Positions 7,522 to 16,135 of a stretch of DNA of 21,767 bases are shown piece by piece. Within the stretch, counting starts at the first letter, position 1; each line of letters starts with the position of its first letter. The notes below the pieces were generated by a model. The model was not told where the DNA came from, did no database searches, and was given only the letters and a program-made list of their open reading frames with translations. The position numbers and the translations under genes are program-made. Source of the stretch: a bacterium (GTDB lineage Bacteria > DUMJ01); NCBI GenBank assembly GCA_049970495.1, contig JBMFMV010000028.1, forward strand, positions 1 through 21,767, given 5' to 3'.

Positions 7522-8682
7522 ATGGAAGTACCTATTGGCAAAGGAAGATGGGCAAGAAGAGCCTACGGTTTTGAAGAGATATCAATAGTTCCAGGGGATG
7601 TTACTGTTGATCCAGAGTTAGTAGATGTATCTTTAGAGATAGGAGGATTTAAGTTAGAGATACCTATACTTGCAGCTGCTATGGATGGCGTTGTAGATCC
7701 AAATTTTGCCAAAGTGATGGGAAAACTTGGAGGTCTAGCGGTATTAAATCTTCAGGGAATTCATACGAGATATGAGAACCCTCAAGAGGTTTTAGAGAAA
7801 ATTATCTCCGCCACGCCAGATAAAGCAACTGAGGTTATGCAAATGATCTATAAAGAACCAGTAAAGGATGAACTTGTCTATAAGAGAATAAAAGAGATAA
7901 AAGACGCTGGTGTTATTGCTGCTTGTTCTTCAATTCCTCAGGAAGCTGAAAAAATGGCTCAAATAGCGATAGAGGCAGGGGTAGACATCTTTGTGGTTCA
8001 ATCTACAGTAATTACAGAAAGACATAAAGCCAAGAACTATACCCCTCTGAGTCTTGAAAAGTTTACCAAGAAAGTCCCAGTGCCTGTAGTGGTAGGAAAT
8101 GTAGTAAGTTTTAGTACTGCTATGGAACTTTTTGAAACAGGGATAAGCGGAATTCTTGTGGGGGTTGGTCCTGGTGGAGCCTGTACTACTAGACAGGTAT
8201 TAGGTATTGGTGTCCCACAGGTAACTGCAATAGCTGATGTGGCTTATGCTAGAGATGTCTTCTATCATAAGACTGGTAGATATATCCCTGTCATAGGCGA
8301 TGGTGGTATGAATACCGGTGGCGATATAGCCAAAGCTATAGCATGCGGGGCTGATGGAGTGATGCTTGGACAAGCTTTGGCTAGAGCTGAAGAGGCTTTT
8401 GGTAGAGGGTATCATTGGGGTATGGCTATGAGCCATTCCGCTCTACCTAGAGGGACAAGGGTATATACAGGGACTACAGGGACACTTAAAGAGATACTCT
8501 TTGGACCTGCTAAGACAGATGATGGGACTCAAAATCTTGTTGGTGCATTAAGGAATTCTCTTGGTGTTTGTGGTGCTATGAATATAAAAGAGTTCCATCA
8601 GGTAGAGCTTGTTATTGCCCCTACCATAAAGACTGAAGGTAAAGCTTTACAACAAGCTCAGAGAGTAGGGATGGGTAAGTGA
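7522..8682 (+). CDS. guaB3: GuaB3-family IMP dehydrogenase (no CBS domains)
   Basis: RRAYGFEEISIVP, AAMDGVV, GGLAVLNLQG, catalytic loop GVGPGGACTTR, IGDGG, GYHWGMA..LPRGTR. 386 aa with no CBS insert. Confidence 0.92.
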   Translation: MEVPIGKGRWARRAYGFEEISIVPGDVTVDPELVDVSLEIGGFKLEIPILAAAMDGVVDPNFAKVMGKLGGLAVLNLQGIHTRYENPQEVLEKIISATPDKATEVMQMIYKEPVKDELVYKRIKEIKDAGVIAACSSIPQEAEKMAQIAIEAGVDIFVVQSTVITERHKAKNYTPLSLEKFTKKVPVPVVVGNVVSFSTAMELFETGISGILVGVGPGGACTTRQVLGIGVPQVTAIADVAYARDVFYHKTGRYIPVIGDGGMNTGGDIAKAIACGADGVMLGQALARAEEAFGRGYHWGMAMSHSALPRGTRVYTGTTGTLKEILFGPAKTDDGTQNLVGALRNSLGVCGAMNIKEFHQVELVIAPTIKTEGKALQQAQRVGMGK

Positions 8683-8690
8683 AACTTCTC

Positions 8691-8727
8691 TAGGGGATAG
8701 GAAATATTCTATCCCCTATATTTTTAT
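8691..8727 (+). terminator. Rho-independent terminator after guaB3
   Basis: TAGGGGATAG (8691-8700) and CTATCCCCTA (8709-8718) form a perfect 10-bp stem followed by TATTTTTAT. Confidence 0.8.
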
Positions 8728-8746
8728 AGAAAGGGCAGGTGATAGT

Positions 8747-9514
8747 ATATTTACTGAAGAGAGGATATCTAAGATATTAGAGATAGTTAATGAGAAAAAG
8801 AGTGTCACTGTCCAGGAATTGAGTTCTCTTTTAAAGGTATGTGAGGTAACTATAAGGAAAGACCTAAATAAGCTCGATGAGATGGGTTTATTGAAGAGGA
8901 CTCATGGTGGAGCTATAGCTATAGTTAATGTCCAGTTTGAACCTTCACTTTTTGAACGAGAATGCAAGAACCTTCCAATAAAATCGAGAATTGGGAAGTT
9001 GGCAGCTGAACTTATAGAAAATAATGAAGCCATTATCTTAGATTCGGGAACTACAACGTATCAGATAGCTAAGAATATAAAGTGTAGAAACTTCGCTGAT
9101 CTTACAGTTATTACCAACTCTATCCCTATTGCGTATGAACTTATGAATTGTCCTAATATACACCTTATTGTTTTAGGTGGAGAATGTAGAGGGCTAACTG
9201 GTGCTCTGGTAGGAAGTTTTGCTGAGAATATTTTGAAGAACCTATACGCTGATAAGGTCTTCTTGGGTGCTAATGGACTAAGTCTAGAGAGAGGTCTAAC
9301 AGCCCCCAACCCTACTGAGGCTAATATCAAGATGATGATGGCAAGGAGTGCAAAAAGGAGGATAGGGGTTTTAGACCATACTAAGATAGAGCAAGAATAT
9401 CTTGTATCTTTTTGCCCTCTCTCTGACCTTGATACACTGGTGCTCAATAAAGAGACGCCTATAGAATATATTGAGTCGATTAAGAATATAGGAGTAGAAG
9501 TTCTTTTAGCTTAG
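8747..9514 (+). CDS. DeoR/GlpR-family transcriptional regulator (probable ATA start, 255 aa)
   Basis: The in-frame extension upstream of the ORF-track start reads (I/M)FTEERISKILEIVNEKKSVTVQELSSLLKVCEVTIRKDL...RTHGGA, a complete DeoR HTH. Sensor-domain motifs ILDSGTT, TVITNS, LGG, ADKVFLGANG and DHTK follow. SD-like GCAGGTGA at 8735-8742. Confidence 0.9.
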   Translation: MFTEERISKILEIVNEKKSVTVQELSSLLKVCEVTIRKDLNKLDEMGLLKRTHGGAIAIVNVQFEPSLFERECKNLPIKSRIGKLAAELIENNEAIILDSGTTTYQIAKNIKCRNFADLTVITNSIPIAYELMNCPNIHLIVLGGECRGLTGALVGSFAENILKNLYADKVFLGANGLSLERGLTAPNPTEANIKMMMARSAKRRIGVLDHTKIEQEYLVSFCPLSDLDTLVLNKETPIEYIESIKNIGVEVLLA

Positions 9515-9524
9515 TTTTCTCTTA

Positions 9525-9553
9525 TTGTATTTCTTTAGAATTGGTAGTATTCT
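9525..9553 (+). promoter_or_regulatory. Possible weak sigma70 promoter for the moxR operon
   Basis: TTGTAT (9525-9530), 17 bp, TATTCT (9548-9553). An alternative extended -10, TGgTAGTAT, lies at 9542-9550. Confidence 0.3.
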
Positions 9554-9574
9554 TATACTCAAGAGGTAATTGGT

Positions 9575-10504
9575 ATGTTACAGCGGATTATAGAAAATAT
9601 AGAGAAGGTAATAGTTGGTAAGAGGCAGGTAATAGAATATTTCCTTACCGCCATACTATCTAATGGTCATGTCCTTCTTGAAGATATACCTGGTGTAGGA
9701 AAGACTATGTTATCGAGAGCTATGGCTATTTCTTTAGGGATGAGTTTTAAAAGGATCCAATGTACCCCGGACTTACTCCCTTCAGATATAACAGGGATAT
9801 CTGTCTTTAATCAGAAGACGCAAGAGTTTGAGTTTAGACCTGGTCCTGTTTTTGCAAATCTTGTATTGGCGGACGAAATAAACAGAGCCACCCCTAGGAC
9901 TCAGTCCAGCTTACTAGAATGTATGGAAGAGAGGCAGGTTACAGTTGAAGGTGTGTCAATAAAACTGCCAAAGCCTTTTATTGTTATGGCTACTCAAAAT
10001 CCTATTGAATATGAGGGGGTTTTTCCGCTACCCGAGGCTCAACTTGATCGTTTCTTGATGAAACTTTCTATAGGCTATCCCTCTTACGAGGATGAGATGG
10101 AGATTATAAAGATGCAAAGGCTAAGGCACCCTATAGAAGAGTTAACGCCAGTAGCTACCGTTGAAGATGTATTATCTTTGCAGGAAAAGATAAAGGAAGT
10201 ATATGTTGATGAGACTATAGTCCAATATATCCTAGACATAGTAAATGCAACTAGGAAGCATAGCGATATTGCTGTAGGGTCAAGTCCTAGAGGGAGTATC
10301 GCTCTTTATAGGACTTCTCAGGCTTTAGCTTATATAAGGGGCAGAGATTATGTCCTTCCTGATGATGTAAAAGAACTAGCTCCATTAGTATTGAGTCATC
10401 GTATCATCTTAAAGTCAGAAAGTTATCTTAGAGGCTATACACAACGGGGAGTAATTTCTAGTATATTGGCTTCAGTTGAGGTCCCGGTGGGAAAGGTTAA
10501 ATGA
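9575..10504 (+). CDS. moxR: MoxR-family AAA+ ATPase
   Basis: GHVLLEDIPGVGKT (Walker A), RIQCTPDLLPSDITG, LADEINRATPRTQSSLLE (Walker B), ATQNPIEYEG.FPLPEAQLDRF, SPRG. Confidence 0.96.
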   Translation: MLQRIIENIEKVIVGKRQVIEYFLTAILSNGHVLLEDIPGVGKTMLSRAMAISLGMSFKRIQCTPDLLPSDITGISVFNQKTQEFEFRPGPVFANLVLADEINRATPRTQSSLLECMEERQVTVEGVSIKLPKPFIVMATQNPIEYEGVFPLPEAQLDRFLMKLSIGYPSYEDEMEIIKMQRLRHPIEELTPVATVEDVLSLQEKIKEVYVDETIVQYILDIVNATRKHSDIAVGSSPRGSIALYRTSQALAYIRGRDYVLPDDVKELAPLVLSHRIILKSESYLRGYTQRGVISSILASVEVPVGKVK

Positions 10505-11670
10505 TAAGATGGTTCTCTCTAGTATTCTTTTTTGGTATTCTGTCCGTAATTTTTAGAATCCGCTTCCTCTATGTCCTCTTTTATCTTTCTATAATACTTC
10601 CTCTATTAAGTAGATATCTATTAAAATTTGCCTTTAGTCATCTAAAGTTAGAAATTTCCTTAGAACCAAAGAATATATTCTATAGGGAAGTATCTAGATT
10701 TTCCATAACTGTGTCGAACGAAACTCTTCTCCCTATATACTGGTTAGAAACGCTCTCCTATCTTCCAGAAAGGCTTGTCTTTCCGTACAAAGTTGGTGAG
10801 CTAAATAGAGTTCCTCCAAAAGGAAGAATATCTATGAGTTATGAGATAAAAGGGCTTAAAAGAGGTATATACGAGTTAGGACCTATAATATTACAAACCG
10901 CAGATATTATCTCTGGAGAGGAGTTTAAGAGTACCTTTAAGCCTTCTGAGAGATTAACCGTATACCCCAAGATAGTACCTATAGTTTCAGGGAGAATTCA
11001 TTCATATCAACCAATAGGTGAGTTACATTCAGAGGAAGTAGCATTTGAGGATCCATCTCTTTTTAGAGGAACCAGAGAGTATAGTACTAATGACCCTATA
11101 AAGAGGATTCATTGGAAATTATCTGCTAGGACTGGTGTATTACAGGTAAAGACATATGAGCCTACTATTGGTGCTCAAAGTGTTATATTTTTAAATCTTA
11201 GATATCAGGACTATCCCTCTTTTGATAGGGATTATAAGATAGAATTAGCGATAATCTTAGTATCGTCTTTAGCTACTTTCCTTATAAAAAAGAAACAAGA
11301 GGTTGGTCTAGTGACTAATGGTGGGGATATGCTATTGGAAGATATTGAGCTTACGGTACAGAAAATCCCGCCAAAGAGGGGAGAAGAGCACCTTTTAAGG
11401 ATTTTAGAATTGCTTGCTAGAGTTACTTCTAGGAGAACAGATGAATTTTATCCTCTAGTTTATTCTGAAAGTTTATCTTTTCCACGATGGATAAATCTTC
11501 TAGTAGTTACTCCTAGAGAGAATGAGCAACTTATGAAGACCTTGATAGGTATAAATCGAAGAGGAACAAATGTCTCCCTCTTTACCTTAATGGATTATAG
11601 GGGAGATAGACGTGAGGAGGGGATCTTTATATATGAGGTCCCTAATGAAAATAAGATTAAAGCATTATAA
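10501..11670 (+). CDS. DUF58 domain-containing protein (MoxR partner)
   Basis: N-terminal TM hairpin, KRGIYELGP, LTVYP and the signature REYSTNDPIKRIHWKLSARTG.LQVKTYE. ATGA overlap with moxR. Confidence 0.92.
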   Translation: MIRWFSLVFFFGILSVIFRIRFLYVLFYLSIILPLLSRYLLKFAFSHLKLEISLEPKNIFYREVSRFSITVSNETLLPIYWLETLSYLPERLVFPYKVGELNRVPPKGRISMSYEIKGLKRGIYELGPIILQTADIISGEEFKSTFKPSERLTVYPKIVPIVSGRIHSYQPIGELHSEEVAFEDPSLFRGTREYSTNDPIKRIHWKLSARTGVLQVKTYEPTIGAQSVIFLNLRYQDYPSFDRDYKIELAIILVSSLATFLIKKKQEVGLVTNGGDMLLEDIELTVQKIPPKRGEEHLLRILELLARVTSRRTDEFYPLVYSESLSFPRWINLLVVTPRENEQLMKTLIGINRRGTNVSLFTLMDYRGDRREEGIFIYEVPNENKIKAL

Positions 11671-13060
11671 CCTCCAGAGAACCGAAGGGCTATTTTTCGT
11701 ATCTTTCCTATCCATACTTGGTTTTCAGTTGATACAGAGTATCATTAGAATTCTCTTTCCATTTATATACATCTCCTCTTACGCTGTCTTCAATCTTCTT
11801 CTAGCAATTATATTTGGTTATTTTTTCCAGCTTTCAGGCTCCGGTTTGGTTGGGCTTATACCTTACTTACCTTTGGCTAGGCTTATCTTCCTCCTTGGAG
11901 TAAAAAGGGATCTAGACTTAGAATTAGGCTTCTTTCAATTGGGAAGTTTTTATTTTCCAATTAATCTCCTCTTATTACTACTATTCTTCTTATTATCTAG
12001 TTCTACTGCAAATGACTGGGTCATTCTCTTCCCTCAGAAGGAGGAATATCCTCCCCCATTGGATTCTAAGAGATACTATGAATGGGTAACAAGCCCTACT
12101 CATAGAATAAATAGGTTTCCTTATCTTAGGAGTATAATGGTTCGATGGGCATCGCTTCTATTCTTAATAGTAGTTGTACTAGCTTGTCTCTGGGAGTGGA
12201 AGAAGAATATACCTGAGTATCTTTGGTATGTAGTTACTCTATATTTTCTCTTATACCTAATTTTTATCTGGTATGGAGCATTAAGGGCAAGGGCTACCGA
12301 AAAAGAACTGGATGGGCATATTGTATCTACTGTTATCTTAAACAAAAGTCTATCTATACCCATACTGTTATTAGTCTTTGTCTTTTCCCTTAGTCTGCTA
12401 TTACCATGGGGATATTCTCCCCTTTCTTTATCTAAACTTGGAGACTTCTTGGCTAGACTTTTTCAACCTAAACCGGTAGATTATGGGATACCGCTTATTA
12501 ATCCCCTCTTTTGGCGATTTAGATTATTATATATAAGCCCTAGGATTTCTATTCCAACCTCTCCGGAGAGGTTTATTATTCCTCATTTCATACTTTGGAT
12601 TCTTCTTGGTATTGGTGGGATTTTAGGGCTTATCTTTCTTATAAGATCCGGATTTTTCTTTAGAGTCTTTGTTATGTTGAAAGAGGGATTTACTAGAATA
12701 TTTTATTCTATAGTAGAGATAACAAGAGAGTTAGGGCTCCTAAAAAATATAGATATATCTTCTGTCCGTTTGCCAAAAATAGTCTCTATAGAGAGGCCTT
12801 CTACACCTTTAGGTTGGATTGTTTATTACTATCGACTATCTCTAAAGATAATGGCTAAGAAAAACCTTGGAAAAGAGAGGTGGGAAACTCCATATGAGTA
12901 TGCCAAAAGAATAGAATCTATGGTGCCTGAGATTAGCTCTTCTTATTGGGAGCTTACAGAGATATTTGTCACTTCGCGGTATAAAAGAGTCAGTCCTAAG
13001 AAGGAATGGATTGCTAGGATGAAAGAAAAGATAAGAGAGGTGAGAGGAAAATTAAAATGA
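11645..13060 (+). CDS. Polytopic membrane protein with C-terminal DUF4129-like domain
   Basis: Many hydrophobic segments and a C-terminal YY..L......WETPYEYAKRI...LTEIFVTSRY motif; occupies the position after moxR-DUF58. The start is uncertain: GTG 11612, ATG 11633 and ATG 11645 are all in frame. Confidence 0.75.
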   Translation: MKIRLKHYNLQRTEGLFFVSFLSILGFQLIQSIIRILFPFIYISSYAVFNLLLAIIFGYFFQLSGSGLVGLIPYLPLARLIFLLGVKRDLDLELGFFQLGSFYFPINLLLLLLFFLLSSSTANDWVILFPQKEEYPPPLDSKRYYEWVTSPTHRINRFPYLRSIMVRWASLLFLIVVVLACLWEWKKNIPEYLWYVVTLYFLLYLIFIWYGALRARATEKELDGHIVSTVILNKSLSIPILLLVFVFSLSLLLPWGYSPLSLSKLGDFLARLFQPKPVDYGIPLINPLFWRFRLLYISPRISIPTSPERFIIPHFILWILLGIGGILGLIFLIRSGFFFRVFVMLKEGFTRIFYSIVEITRELGLLKNIDISSVRLPKIVSIERPSTPLGWIVYYYRLSLKIMAKKNLGKERWETPYEYAKRIESMVPEISSSYWELTEIFVTSRYKRVSPKKEWIARMKEKIREVRGKLK

Positions 13061-14475
13061 GAGAATTATTTCTTGGTTTAGATCTGGGGACTCAAGGGGT
13101 TAGAATAGTCATAGTGGATAAAGAGGGGAATATAATATCTTCTTCGGATGATACATTTCAGGGAGAGCCTACAGATCCTTTATACTGGTGGGATATAACG
13201 AGAAAACTTTTAGGTTTTTCTATTTCTAAGTTGGGAAAAGACGACAGGGTTTTGTCTTTTGCGGTCACTTCTACCTCTGGTACAGTAGTATGTGTAGATA
13301 ATGGAGGAAATCCTATAATACCCGCTTTGATGTATAATGACCCTAGAGGGGCTGAGGAATCTAAAATTCTAAATGAACACTTAAAAGAGTTGACTGAAAA
13401 GTTAGGGTATAAGTTTAATGCCTCATATGCATTATCCAAGATACTATGGTTAAAGAACAATCTTCCAGAGGTATATGAAAAGACAAGATATTTTCTATCC
13501 CCAACTGATTTTATAAATCTTAAACTTACTGGTAAAATGGATATAACAGATCATACAAACGCGTTGAAATTTGGATTTGACTTAGTGGATTATAAATGGC
13601 CATCTCAAATAGAAGATTTAGGCATCGATATAGCTAAATTTCTAAAAGTTACAGTACCAGGAGAATTTATAGGGAATGTAAGGAAGGATCTTTCAGAAGA
13701 ATTTGGTATAGACTACGATATTCCCGTTCTTACAGGTCTTACAGATGGAACAAGTGGACAGATAGCCTCGGGAGCAGTAAAGGTAGGGGAATACTCTACT
13801 ACCCTTGGAACTACCCTAGTGATTAAAGGTGTAACTCCTTCTCTTATAAAAGATTCTTTAGGTAGATTTTATAGCCATTTGCATCCTGAGAAGGATAGAT
13901 GGTTCCCGGGAGGTTCTAGTAATGTAGGAGGAGAAGCATTGGAGAAAGTCTTTCCTGGGGAAGATTATAAAGATCTTGATAAGAGAATAATAGGACTTAT
14001 CCCGAGTTCTCTTATTGTTTATCCCTTAGTTAGAGAAGGGGAGAGATTCCCTTTTGTTAACCCAAAAGCTAAAGGTTTTGTTATTGGAACTCCTTCATCT
14101 AAGGAGGAACTGTATCTTGCTTACTTAGAAGGGGTAGCCTATGTAGAAAGACTCTGTTATGAGACCCTCTCTGAGATGGGGGTAAAGTCTGGTGAGATCG
14201 TATATACAGTTGGTGGCGGGTCTAAAAGCTCTATCTGGTTGAAAATAAGGGCTAGTGTTATGAATAGGGTTTTGAAAAGGCCTAAGACTGCAGCCTCCGG
14301 GATGGGGGTTGCTATCTTAGGAGCGGGTAGGACCTTCTATGGATCTTTGGACCTTGCTGTTTCTAAGATGGTCAGGATAGATAAAGTGGTAGAACCAGAT
14401 AAATCCCTAGTCCCTCTTTATGAGGAAGGATATAGAAGATTTATAGATGCCCTTTCTGAGAAAAGATACATATGA
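13057..14475 (+). CDS. FGGY-family carbohydrate kinase, resembling the D-ribulose/xylulose-kinase-like subgroup
   Basis: GLDLGTQGVR, STSGT, LMYND, TDG, TLGTTLVIK, YSH, GGSSNVGG, GERFPF, LEGVAYVE, VGGGSKS. Confidence 0.9.
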   Translation: MRELFLGLDLGTQGVRIVIVDKEGNIISSSDDTFQGEPTDPLYWWDITRKLLGFSISKLGKDDRVLSFAVTSTSGTVVCVDNGGNPIIPALMYNDPRGAEESKILNEHLKELTEKLGYKFNASYALSKILWLKNNLPEVYEKTRYFLSPTDFINLKLTGKMDITDHTNALKFGFDLVDYKWPSQIEDLGIDIAKFLKVTVPGEFIGNVRKDLSEEFGIDYDIPVLTGLTDGTSGQIASGAVKVGEYSTTLGTTLVIKGVTPSLIKDSLGRFYSHLHPEKDRWFPGGSSNVGGEALEKVFPGEDYKDLDKRIIGLIPSSLIVYPLVREGERFPFVNPKAKGFVIGTPSSKEELYLAYLEGVAYVERLCYETLSEMGVKSGEIVYTVGGGSKSSIWLKIRASVMNRVLKRPKTAASGMGVAILGAGRTFYGSLDLAVSKMVRIDKVVEPDKSLVPLYEEGYRRFIDALSEKRYI

Positions 14476-16064
14476 CAAGGATAAAGATATTAGATGGACA
14501 TAATGTTATAGGGGGAAATAAGATCTTAGTAGAGGCTGAAGAAGGATGTATATTGTTGGATTTTGGTATAAATTTTTCCTCTTGGGGAAGCTATTTTGAA
14601 GAGTTTATCTCCCCTAGGGCAGGATTATTAATCAAAGACTTATTAAAATTGAAACTCCTTCCAAGGATTGATATATACAGATCAGATCTTACTGCTAATT
14701 TAGAATTACCTAGATTATCTAAAGATGTAATCTTTGTATTCTTATCCCATGCGCATATGGACCATATGGGATTTATTGGCCTTTTGAACGAAAAGATACC
14801 AATACTTTCTACTACTGAGACGTTGGCGCTGATAGTAGCTTTAAATGAGCTTAACTCTGAGGAAAAGAGTAGGTTAATAGTAGATAAGAGGGATTATGGA
14901 GTTTATCCTATACGGGAAGATGTACTGGTAAGATCAAAAAGTAATAAAGATCCTATCAAGAGAAAACTTATCTATTCTGGGAATAGTGGAATATCTTGTC
15001 TTCCTTTATCTTTGAAGGAAGTAGAGAAATATTTCGATGAAGAGGATATTGAAAATTCCTTCTGTGCAAGGTTTGTAGAGGCAGAAGTCCTTCCTGTTTA
15101 CCATTCTGTTATTGGTGCCGCTTCTCTATACTTTAAGCTTGGGGGAATAAAATTCCTCTATACTGGAGATCTTAGAGATAGCCCCCTTCCTGAAGAGGAA
15201 GAGCTTCTATTAGATATTGGAGAGAATAGATTAGCATTAGCAAGTTCAACTAGAAGGATGGTCGATTACATAAAGGGTAAGGTAGATGTACTTATAGTAG
15301 AAGGAACTAGGACAAAGGAACCCCATAGTGTAATAACAGAGACGATGCTTTACAGTAATGTGTACGAGGAAGTCAAGAAGAATAATGGTAAACTTGTAAT
15401 TGCCGATTTTCCCTTTAGGCATTTAGAAAGATTCCATACCTTTCTTAAGGTAGCAGAAATGACTGACAGACAGCTCGTTGTTCTTCCAAAGGATTATGTA
15501 CTCTTAAATACTCTTGCAAAGATAAATACTGATTGGGATTTTAGACGCTATTTGGGGCATATTAGAGTCTACCATCAAGGGAAAGGATCTTGGAGTGGAT
15601 GGGAAGCTAAGTGCTTAAAAGGAGAATTATTCAATGACCCTCCTATTGAGGATATCCTTATAAAGCCGGTGGAAATAGAAAATTCTCCAGGTTCCTTTAT
15701 ACTGAATATTGGTTACTATGAACTTCCAAATCTTTTAGATTTTTCATATGATATCTTAGATGGAGCAATATATATTCATTCTAATAGTGAGGCTTATACA
15801 GAGGAGCAGAATATTGATTTTATCAGGTTATTAAAATGGTTGAGTTATTTTAATATAGAACCTAAAGGGTTAAGAAAGGAAGATGATAAAATAGTCTTTG
15901 ATAGGATATATCATGCATCGGGTCATATATCTCCTAAAGGACTGGAAGAACTTATAGACGTAATCAACCCTGACATCATTGTCCCTGTCCATACTGAGTC
16001 CCTTGATTGGTTTTTGTCCAGATGGGGTAAAAAGGTGAAGACGTCCTCTGATATAATATTATAA
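14472..16064 (+). CDS. Metallo-beta-lactamase / beta-CASP fold hydrolase (RNase J-related putative nuclease)
   Basis: IGGNKILV, LDFG (motif I), SHAHMDH (II), HS (III), YTGD (IV), EGT (A), HASGH (B), PVHTE (C). Confidence 0.88.
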   Translation: MTRIKILDGHNVIGGNKILVEAEEGCILLDFGINFSSWGSYFEEFISPRAGLLIKDLLKLKLLPRIDIYRSDLTANLELPRLSKDVIFVFLSHAHMDHMGFIGLLNEKIPILSTTETLALIVALNELNSEEKSRLIVDKRDYGVYPIREDVLVRSKSNKDPIKRKLIYSGNSGISCLPLSLKEVEKYFDEEDIENSFCARFVEAEVLPVYHSVIGAASLYFKLGGIKFLYTGDLRDSPLPEEEELLLDIGENRLALASSTRRMVDYIKGKVDVLIVEGTRTKEPHSVITETMLYSNVYEEVKKNNGKLVIADFPFRHLERFHTFLKVAEMTDRQLVVLPKDYVLLNTLAKINTDWDFRRYLGHIRVYHQGKGSWSGWEAKCLKGELFNDPPIEDILIKPVEIENSPGSFILNIGYYELPNLLDFSYDILDGAIYIHSNSEAYTEEQNIDFIRLLKWLSYFNIEPKGLRKEDDKIVFDRIYHASGHISPKGLEELIDVINPDIIVPVHTESLDWFLSRWGKKVKTSSDIIL

Positions 16065-16070
16065 ATTCCC

Positions 16071-16099
16071 TTGCCTGAAGATTCCTTATTATGTATAAT
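16071..16099 (+). promoter_or_regulatory. sigma70 promoter of the ilvE-lysA-hom-thrC-thrB-asd operon
   Basis: TTGCCT (16071-16076), 17 bp, TATAAT (16094-16099). AGGAGG SD at 16121-16126. Confidence 0.75.
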
Positions 16100-16135
16100 T
16101 AGTGGAAACCTAAAATTTATAGGAGGCTTATTGTA

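Noticed and set aside
8819..9514. ORF-track start of the DeoR regulator at TTG 8819
   Set aside because: It falls inside the HTH domain; homology and the SD point to 8747.
14472..16064. Type VII CRISPR effector or other defence system
   Set aside because: There is no adjacent cas7, cas5 or array and no C-terminal extension, and the neighbours are metabolic genes.
16065..16135. Lysine riboswitch or T-box ahead of the amino-acid operon
   Set aside because: The intergenic region is only 71 nt and is mostly occupied by the promoter and SD.
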